Below are positions 57,595 through 64,000 of a stretch of 64,000 bases of DNA, piece after piece. Numbering within the stretch: the stretch's first letter is position 1; each line of letters starts with the position of its first letter. The notes beneath the pieces were generated by a model that had not been told where the DNA came from, did no database searches, and saw nothing but the letters and a program-made list of their open reading frames with translations. The DNA comes from an uncultured Lachnospiraceae bacterium (lineage in GTDB: Bacteria > Bacillota > Clostridia > UBA1381). The translations under genes were made by a program, and so were the position numbers. Location of the stretch: the NCBI GenBank assembly GCA_964530315.1, contig CAZGZZ010000003.1:6033-70032 (forward strand). Direction: 5' to 3'.

Positions 57595-57633
57595 GAAAAA
57601 AATACATAAGCTGTGAAGCTTATGTATTTTTTT
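57595..57633 (+). terminator. rho-independent terminator after metK
   Basis: Stem ATACATAAGC / GCTTATGTAT with a 6-nt loop, followed by TTTTTTT. Confidence 0.85.
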
Positions 57634-57634
57634 G

Positions 57635-57663
57635 TTGACTAATTGAACAATGTGTGGTAAAAT
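57635..57663 (+). promoter_or_regulatory. sigma-A-type promoter of gdpP-rplI-dnaB
   Basis: TTGACT, 17-nt spacer, TAAAAT with a TGG extended -10. Confidence 0.6.
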
Positions 57664-57715
57664 TATGATATAATTGTCTTAATTATGCATTATGGTTCTT
57701 TGAGAGGAATGTACT

Positions 57716-59710
57716 ATGAAGAAGAGGAATAACAGATCATTGCAATGCAAGATAAGCACATTGCTTTTTATGCTTTTTTGTATTTTGGGCGTTATCGCAT
57801 TATCTGCCGGAAAGCCTGTAGTTGCGGCAATTGAATTTGTCATTTCTGCAGCAATGCTTGCAGTGGTTGTGGTCAGTGAAATAAAGATAAATAAGGAAAT
57901 GTCGCAGTTTATATCGCTCATTTCGGAGGAAAGTGCGAATATAACGAGTGAAGTTATAACAAGATTTCCTTTCCCGTTGCTTATTTTAAACATCGACGGT
58001 GAGATTGTGTGGTATAATGATTTTGCGGCTTCAATGTTTGATACGCAGAATTTGTACGGAATGTTGCTTCCGCAATTGATTACCGATTTAAAGTGGACGG
58101 AAATTCTTAAAAAAACCGATGCAATCAATATGCAGGTTTCGTATAACGAAAGACAGTATAAACTGTATGGAAGCATAATAAAAAGAAGTGATGCCGACAG
58201 TAAAAATGTTTCCTATTCAGTTTTGCTCTACTTCAATGATATAACGGACAGTGTTGTGGCAAAGAAAAAGCGTGAGGATGAAAAAACAGATGTTGCAATT
58301 ATAACTATTGATAATTATGATGATGTTTTTCAGCCGATGGATGATGTAAAAAGTCAGGAAACAACCGTTAAGATAAATACAGTCGTTTCAAAATGGGTAA
58401 ACGAGAGCAACGGTATTATGAAAAAAACCGACTCGGACAGATATCTCATATTCTTTGAACATCGATATCTTGAAAATTATATCAAGAATAAATTTGATAT
58501 TCTCGAAAAGGTTCGTGCTATTGGCGAGGAAATAAAAGAACCGATAACAATAAGTATCGGTATCGGAACAGGTGGACATTTGATTGAGAATGAGTCGGAC
58601 GCAAAGGCGGCTGTCAAAATGGTATGGGGCAGAGGCGGAGACCAAGCGGCGATAAAGGATTCGGGTGAATTCAAATTTTTCGGCTCGGCAACAAGAGATT
58701 ACGAAAAGAGTACAAGAGTTAAAACAAGAATATTTGCATTTGCTCTTAAGGAAATGATAGCACAGTCGGATAATGTCATAATAATGGGTCACAATGCTGC
58801 AGACTATGATTCTTACGGAGCGGCGGTCGGAATTTCAAGAGCCGCAAAAAATGCCGGAAAGAATGTCTATATTGTAATAGACAATTCACCTGCAATAAAA
58901 CCGCTTTTTGATAAAATGCAGAATATAAGCGAATATTCAAGTATGATTATTAGTCCCAATACGGCAGAGGAAATAGCAAACAAAAATTCTTTATTGCTTA
59001 TTTTGGATACGCACAGACCATCGATGCTCCCGGCACCGAATTTGATTAAGTCCGTCAATCGCATTGTTTTGATTGACCACCACAGAAGAAGCACTGAATT
59101 CATAGATAATTTGTCACTTATGTATCTTGAACCGTATGCTTCATCAACCTGTGAGCTTGTGACGGAGATTTTGCAATATATCGATGATAAAAAGAAAATG
59201 ACATCATTTGAAGCAACGGCACTATATCTGGGTATATTTATGGATACAAAGAATTTTGTTGCAAAAACGGGTGTGAGAACATTTGAGGCGGCGTCTTATT
59301 TGAAGAGATACGGAATTAACACGATGGAAATAAAAGCATTGGTAAGTCTTGACTTTGACGATTATGTCAAACGAATGGATATTATCAGAGAAGCGGAGAT
59401 TTGGCATAGCGACATTGCGGTTTCGGTATGTGAGAATTCATTTGACAATATGAGGGTTATCTCATCGCAGGCGGCGGATGAAATGTTAAATATTTCGGGA
59501 ATTAAAGCCGGATTTGTCATATATCAGGTTGATAATACCGTGTGCTTCAGTGCAAGGTCACTGCCCGACATAAATGTGCAGATAATTATGGAAAAACTCG
59601 GAGGCGGCGGTCACGCATCTGTTGCCGGATGCCAAATAAAAAATATAACATTGCATGAAGCGAGAGAGCTTTTAAAAAATGCAATAAAAGAATATATTGA
59701 TGAAAACTAA
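57716..59710 (+). CDS. gdpP: cyclic-di-AMP phosphodiesterase GdpP (DHH/DHHA1 with TM, PAS-like and degenerate GGDEF regions)
   Basis: Two N-terminal TM segments, DHH motif LIDHHRRS and DHHA1 GGGGH. The conserved synteny gdpP-rplI-dnaB supports the call. Confidence 0.88.
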   Translation: MKKRNNRSLQCKISTLLFMLFCILGVIALSAGKPVVAAIEFVISAAMLAVVVVSEIKINKEMSQFISLISEESANITSEVITRFPFPLLILNIDGEIVWYNDFAASMFDTQNLYGMLLPQLITDLKWTEILKKTDAINMQVSYNERQYKLYGSIIKRSDADSKNVSYSVLLYFNDITDSVVAKKKREDEKTDVAIITIDNYDDVFQPMDDVKSQETTVKINTVVSKWVNESNGIMKKTDSDRYLIFFEHRYLENYIKNKFDILEKVRAIGEEIKEPITISIGIGTGGHLIENESDAKAAVKMVWGRGGDQAAIKDSGEFKFFGSATRDYEKSTRVKTRIFAFALKEMIAQSDNVIIMGHNAADYDSYGAAVGISRAAKNAGKNVYIVIDNSPAIKPLFDKMQNISEYSSMIISPNTAEEIANKNSLLLILDTHRPSMLPAPNLIKSVNRIVLIDHHRRSTEFIDNLSLMYLEPYASSTCELVTEILQYIDDKKKMTSFEATALYLGIFMDTKNFVAKTGVRTFEAASYLKRYGINTMEIKALVSLDFDDYVKRMDIIREAEIWHSDIAVSVCENSFDNMRVISSQAADEMLNISGIKAGFVIYQVDNTVCFSARSLPDINVQIIMEKLGGGGHASVAGCQIKNITLHEARELLKNAIKEYIDEN

Positions 59711-59726
59711 ACGGAGGTATGATGGT

Positions 59727-60173
59727 ATGAAAGTTATATTAAATCAAGATGTTAAGGGACAGGGTAAAAAAGGAGACTTGGTTGAGGTTTCGGACGGATA
59801 CGCAAGAAATTTTCTTCTTCCGAAAAACCTTGCAATTCCGGCAACAAAGGAAAATATAAATGTTTTAAAGGGACAGCAGGAGAGCAGGGAATACAGACAT
59901 CAAAAGGAACTTGAAGAAGCACAGCAGACAGCAAAGAAAATCGAAGAAATTAAGGTTACACTCAAAGCAAAAGCCGGAGATAACGGAAAGCTTTTCGGTT
60001 CTGTTACATCAAAGGATGTTGCGGAGGCTCTCACAAATGAGCATCACATTAAGATTGACAAAAAGAAGTTTGTATTACCTGATGGAATTAAGTCGCTGGG
60101 AACAACCGATGTTGATATAAAGATTTATCCGGGTGTTTCGGCAAAGCTTAAAGTTGTTGTTGAAGCTATATAA
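59727..60173 (+). CDS. rplI: 50S ribosomal protein L9
   Basis: MKVILNQDVKGQGKKGDLVEVSDGYARNFLLPKNLA. Confidence 0.94.
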   Translation: MKVILNQDVKGQGKKGDLVEVSDGYARNFLLPKNLAIPATKENINVLKGQQESREYRHQKELEEAQQTAKKIEEIKVTLKAKAGDNGKLFGSVTSKDVAEALTNEHHIKIDKKKFVLPDGIKSLGTTDVDIKIYPGVSAKLKVVVEAI

Positions 60174-60189
60174 ACGATAGGTGGAAAAA

Positions 60190-61557
60190 ATGGCTGATAG
60201 TTTTAATTTTTCTGACAGAGCATTGCCGCATAACAAAGAAGCGGAGCAGTCTGTTCTCGGCGGTGCGTTGTCGTCAATCGATGCGGTTGGAACGGTTTGT
60301 GAGCTGTTAAAGCCCGATGATTTTTATTTTGAACAGAACAGAATAATTTTCTCAACCGTTCTGGAGCTTTTTAACGAAAACACACCAATCGATGTTGTTA
60401 CCGTATCAGACCGTCTGAATCAGCATGACAAGCTGGATGCAATCGGCGGAATACAATATTTAAGCTCGTTGATACTTAGTGTGCCGACAACGGGAAATAT
60501 AGAATATTATTCAAAAATAATAAAGGATAAAGCGACACTGCGACGCCTAATCTATTCATCGGCAAGTATTTTGAATATGGCGTACGATGAAGAGGATTTA
60601 ACCGAAAGAATAATCGATGCCGCCGAACAGCGGATACTTGATGTTTCGTCGGGAACTGTGTCAAATGACATAGAACACATTAGTGATATTATGATGGGTG
60701 CATATGATGATATGGTTCAAAATTCTTTAACAAAGGGAACTGTTACGGGTGTACCTACAGGATTTAATCATATGGATAATTTGACGGGTGGACTTCACGG
60801 CGGAGAACTTATCATTGTTGCCGGAAGACCGGGTATGGGTAAGTCGAGTTTTGCGGTTAATATAGCAGAGCACGCCGCAATAAAGGAAAATATTCCCGTT
60901 GCAATTTTCAACCTTGAAATGTCAAAAAGTATGATAGTGAACAGAATTATATGTTCACAGGCACTTGTCGATTCGCAAAGTGTCAGAAAAGGTGATTTTC
61001 AACCGGAGGATTGGTTGCAGATTTGTTCGATAGTTGATAAGCTTTCTGCATCACCGATATATATTGATGATTCTTCTTCAATAACAGTTTCGGAGATAAA
61101 AGCAAAGTGCAGAAGATTGAAACAGACAAAAAATCTCGGACTTGTTGTAATCGATTACCTACAGCTTATGCAGGGCGGGGGGAAATCCGATAACAGACAG
61201 CAGGAAATTTCCAATATATCCCGTTCTCTAAAGGTTCTTGCAAAAGAGCTTGATATTCCGGTTATTGCACTGTCACAGCTTTCGAGATCGAGTGAAGCAC
61301 GAGGAGATAAAAGACCGATGCTTTCAGACCTTCGTGAATCGGGTGCAATAGAGCAGGATGCCGATCTTGTAATTTTTCTTTATCGTGATGATTATTATAA
61401 TGAAGAATCAACCGAAAAGAATATTGCGGAAATCAACATTGCCAAGCAGAGAAGCGGTTCTACGGGAACATTTAAACTTGGATGGCAGGGAAGATTTACA
61501 AAGTTTGTTAATATGGAGTACAGTGTTTCGGAAAATCAACCGGCGAGAGGTGAATAA
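60190..61557 (+). CDS. dnaB: replicative DNA helicase
   Basis: LPHNKEAEQSVLGGAL, Walker A GRPGMGKSS, no intein. The ATG at 60190 follows AGGTGG. Confidence 0.93.
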   Translation: MADSFNFSDRALPHNKEAEQSVLGGALSSIDAVGTVCELLKPDDFYFEQNRIIFSTVLELFNENTPIDVVTVSDRLNQHDKLDAIGGIQYLSSLILSVPTTGNIEYYSKIIKDKATLRRLIYSSASILNMAYDEEDLTERIIDAAEQRILDVSSGTVSNDIEHISDIMMGAYDDMVQNSLTKGTVTGVPTGFNHMDNLTGGLHGGELIIVAGRPGMGKSSFAVNIAEHAAIKENIPVAIFNLEMSKSMIVNRIICSQALVDSQSVRKGDFQPEDWLQICSIVDKLSASPIYIDDSSSITVSEIKAKCRRLKQTKNLGLVVIDYLQLMQGGGKSDNRQQEISNISRSLKVLAKELDIPVIALSQLSRSSEARGDKRPMLSDLRESGAIEQDADLVIFLYRDDYYNEESTEKNIAEINIAKQRSGSTGTFKLGWQGRFTKFVNMEYSVSENQPARGE

Positions 61558-61560
61558 TTT

Positions 61561-62103
61561 ATGAAATATTTGTTTGCATCGGACATTCACGGCAGTGCTT
61601 CGGCAATGCGTAAATTGGAAAAGGCATTTTATGAGGAAAAGGCAGATATTCTTGTGCTTTGCGGTGACATTCTTTATCACGGACCGAGAAATGATTTGCC
61701 CGATGAGTATAATCCAAAAGAAGTTATAAAAATTTTAAATTCGCTGTCCGATAAAATTATATCGGTAAGAGGAAATTGTGATGCCGAGGTTGAGCAAATG
61801 GTGCTTGATTTTCCGGTGTCGTGCGATTATTCGCTTATTGCGGATAATGGTGTTAAAATGTATGTAACACACGGACATATTTACAATAACGAAAATCCTT
61901 TGAAGATTGCGAAAGGCAGTTATATGATTTGCGGACATACTCATATTTTGGATATCAAGAAAAATGACGATTTCGTATATCTAAACCCCGGATCTGTTTC
62001 GATTCCGAAAGAGGATAATCCGCCGAGTTATATGGTATATGAAAATAACAGTTTTATCATTAAAACATTTGACGGAAGGGTAATCGACCGAATTGACACA
62101 TAA
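61561..62103 (+). CDS. metallophosphoesterase, YfcE/MJ0936 family
   Basis: MKYLFASDIHGS, GDILYHGPRN, RGNCD and GHTH metallophosphatase motifs. Confidence 0.85.
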   Translation: MKYLFASDIHGSASAMRKLEKAFYEEKADILVLCGDILYHGPRNDLPDEYNPKEVIKILNSLSDKIISVRGNCDAEVEQMVLDFPVSCDYSLIADNGVKMYVTHGHIYNNENPLKIAKGSYMICGHTHILDIKKNDDFVYLNPGSVSIPKEDNPPSYMVYENNSFIIKTFDGRVIDRIDT

Positions 62104-62109
62104 AAATGC

Positions 62110-62141
62110 GTATGAGCCGATTTTTATCGGCTCATACTTTT
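62110..62141. terminator. bidirectional rho-independent terminator
   Basis: 12-bp stem GTATGAGCCGAT / ATCGGCTCATAC with a TTTT loop, followed by TTTT. Confidence 0.8.
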
Positions 62142-63503
62142 CTATATTGTCAAAATCCCCTCATCCGATTCAATAAGCATTAATATTTCTTCTTCAACAC
62201 CTGTCTTTGCATTAATATAAATTAAAAAGTTTCTGCCGTTGTGTTCGCCTTTAAATTCATAACACAAAATTTCTTTCTTGCTGTCTTTTGGAATAAGGGC
62301 CTTTTTTGAAGCCGTTACGGATAAGTGCTTATTTACGAGTGACCGTGCTTCCTTTTCGGATAGTACGGGTGTTCCCAAATTACGGTGTTTATGGTTCATA
62401 ATATATCCGTTTGCTTCAATTCCGAGAATTTCGCCGTTGTCGAGAGCAACTTTGACCTTTATGAGGTCAGAATAACATACAACATCTCCCTGAACATAGG
62501 CGAAATTTATTGTAGCAACACCGTTGGATTTATCATAATAACTTTCTTTTAATTGTGTATAGCCTTTTTTGCTAAGAAAATCCTTTGCAAAAGTAATCGC
62601 ATCCGTAAAATTGTAATTTTCATTATCAACATCTCTTGTATCGAGAAAATAAACAATATGACCGCCTTTTTTACTTACATTGATATAAACATTTTTATTG
62701 TCTGCGGAAGATGAATATGAATAAGATTCAATGAGCGTGTTTTTTGTTTCGCCCGAATATTCGAGATTATCGCCTTTTTCGTTAAGGAATTTTTTTGCTT
62801 TTTTTAAGGCATCTTCTTTTGACAACTCTTTTTCGCCCTCAAGCATTGCCGGTTTGATATTTTTTATATGTTCCGAAAAAGGACCGTCGTATATTAAAGA
62901 CGGATATTCCTGAAATTCTTTTTCAACACTTTCAAATTTTTCCAATACATCATTTCCCGAAGCTTCAGCACTTTCGGTGATATATTTGTCGGCGGTTCGC
63001 TTCATTGTTCCGAAGTTTATATCGCCGTTATAAATATCCAGCTGCATTTTTAAAAGCTTGTCGTTGAGGGATGCGGCATATTTCCCGAGGTCGTTTAAGC
63101 TTTGATAATTTTCATCGGTTATTTCGTTTTGATTGATAACATTTTGACTTAACATATAGGTGAAATCACCGACCTGTGACAAAAATTTTTCCGTTGATTC
63201 TAACTGAATTTCCGAAACGGGGAGCTGACCGAGACAGGCTTTTGCGGCGGCTGATTGCCTGAAAAGCTCGGAGGAGATAGAGCTCATCTGAGATGCACTT
63301 GATACAAGCATACTTTTTTGAAGCAGAGTATTGATATCATCAACATACCCGACAAGCTCGTGAAAAGCTCTGTTGTAGTTATTTTCAACAGTGTTTGCAA
63401 GTGCTTTTTCTCTTGAAAACAAATATGCGGAGCAAATTGCAAGAACTGCGATTACGATAGCCAAAATCCAATAAATAACTTTGTTTTTTGTGATTGTGTT
63501 CAT
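62142..63503 (-). CDS. ypeB: germination protein YpeB
   Basis: N-terminal anchor, then the ALANTVENNYNRAFHELVGYVDDI pattern and C-terminal PepSY-like repeats. It lies immediately downstream of sleB. Confidence 0.85.
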   Translation of the reverse strand: MNTITKNKVIYWILAIVIAVLAICSAYLFSREKALANTVENNYNRAFHELVGYVDDINTLLQKSMLVSSASQMSSISSELFRQSAAAKACLGQLPVSEIQLESTEKFLSQVGDFTYMLSQNVINQNEITDENYQSLNDLGKYAASLNDKLLKMQLDIYNGDINFGTMKRTADKYITESAEASGNDVLEKFESVEKEFQEYPSLIYDGPFSEHIKNIKPAMLEGEKELSKEDALKKAKKFLNEKGDNLEYSGETKNTLIESYSYSSSADNKNVYINVSKKGGHIVYFLDTRDVDNENYNFTDAITFAKDFLSKKGYTQLKESYYDKSNGVATINFAYVQGDVVCYSDLIKVKVALDNGEILGIEANGYIMNHKHRNLGTPVLSEKEARSLVNKHLSVTASKKALIPKDSKKEILCYEFKGEHNGRNFLIYINAKTGVEEEILMLIESDEGILTI

Positions 63504-63515
63504 ATTTTATCCTTC

Positions 63516-63989
63516 CTATTTGCAAAATCTGTGTTTTCCTATTTGAACGATTAAGGGTCTTGACCATATCCAGGCGTTTGTTGCGGTGTCGGGGTTGAAG
63601 TAGTATATTGCACCGTTTGTCGGGTCCCAGCCGTTCATAGCATCCTGACAGGCTTTATATACGGTCGAACCTTCCGAAATCGGCTCATTTATCTGTCCGT
63701 CGGAAACTGCTGTGAAAGCTCCCGGTTGATATATAACACCTGATATTGAATTTGGAAATGATGAGTGCTTAACCCTGTTTAAAATTACTGCCGCAACAGC
63801 AACCTGTCCCTCATAAGGCTCACCCCGTGCTTCTCCGTTGACGGCTCGTGCAATAAGTTGTAAATCGCTTGAGCTTCTGCCTGTTTGTGCGTTTGCTTTG
63901 AATGAAAATATTATGACAATTGCCGATATTGATAAAATTATTATCGTTGTTGCCATAAGAATGATTTTTTTTGGATTAGTTTTTTGCAT
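63516..63989 (-). CDS. sleB: spore cortex-lytic enzyme (SleB/CwlJ family cell wall hydrolase)
   Basis: LIARAVNGEARGEPYEGQVAVAAVILNRVKHSSFPNSISGVIYQPGAFTAV matches the Hydrolase_2 pattern. Signal/anchor peptide present, with ypeB as partner. Confidence 0.82.
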   Translation of the reverse strand: MQKTNPKKIILMATTIIILSISAIVIIFSFKANAQTGRSSSDLQLIARAVNGEARGEPYEGQVAVAAVILNRVKHSSFPNSISGVIYQPGAFTAVSDGQINEPISEGSTVYKACQDAMNGWDPTNGAIYYFNPDTATNAWIWSRPLIVQIGKHRFCK

Positions 63990-64000
63990 AATATCACCTC

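Noticed and set aside
1-64000. CRISPR arrays, transposons/IS elements, prophage, restriction-modification, toxin-antitoxin or other canonical defence systems
   Set aside because: No regularly spaced direct repeats, terminal inverted repeats with transposase, or cas, integrase, methyltransferase or defence-type ATPase/nuclease gene sets were seen. The only nuclease is an EndA-like secreted enzyme. This is a visual scan only, so short or degenerate elements could be missed.

Overview
Chromosomal segment from a low-GC Firmicute, probably a spore-forming anaerobic member of the Clostridia. Supporting genes are sleB-ypeB, rnfCDGEAB, pflBA, a type III glutamine synthetase and several SLH-anchored surface proteins. 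All functional calls come from motif recognition by eye; no database search was possible. I count about 55 protein genes and one tRNA-Gly(GCC). I see no rRNA, CRISPR array, transposase, integrase, phage genes or recognisable canonical defence system. Layout: 1-7.2 kb is the tail of a cell-surface polysaccharide locus (pyruvyl transferase, FrhB-like Fe-S protein, Wzx flippase, sulfatase-fold protein, tagD, nucleotidyltransferase, UDP-sugar dehydrogenase). 7.3-13.4 kb holds a decayed surface-protein paralog, a TetR regulator and a 1498-aa LRR/SLH surface protein. 13.6-16.3 kb is a YtrA-type GntR-ABC operon ending in a membrane-anchored non-specific nuclease. The rest is largely housekeeping: radical-SAM pair, trkAH, glnN, gatCAB, a glycosylation module with a second SLH protein, copA, pflBA, rarA, lepA, glmM, pgsA, rnf, ftsH, lexA, metK, gdpP-rplI-dnaB and sleB-ypeB. 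Four observations stand out. (1) A 33-nt element with a perfect 21-bp palindrome directly abuts the -10 box of two otherwise unrelated promoters, trkA and a promoter about 270 nt upstream of lexA; its only two differences preserve the dyad, and its 12-nt core sits at the same offset in a third promoter. (2) The long lexA leader carries four copies of AGCTAAATT within 150 nt. (3) An XRE-type HTH domain is fused in frame to phosphoglucosamine mutase GlmM, with a 12-bp-arm palindrome upstream. (4) Two short genes are missing from the ORF track: a DUF896/YnzC-like protein and a Cys-rich 35-aa membrane peptide. I found no convincing complete novel multi-gene system, and the regulatory observations are hypotheses that need testing.
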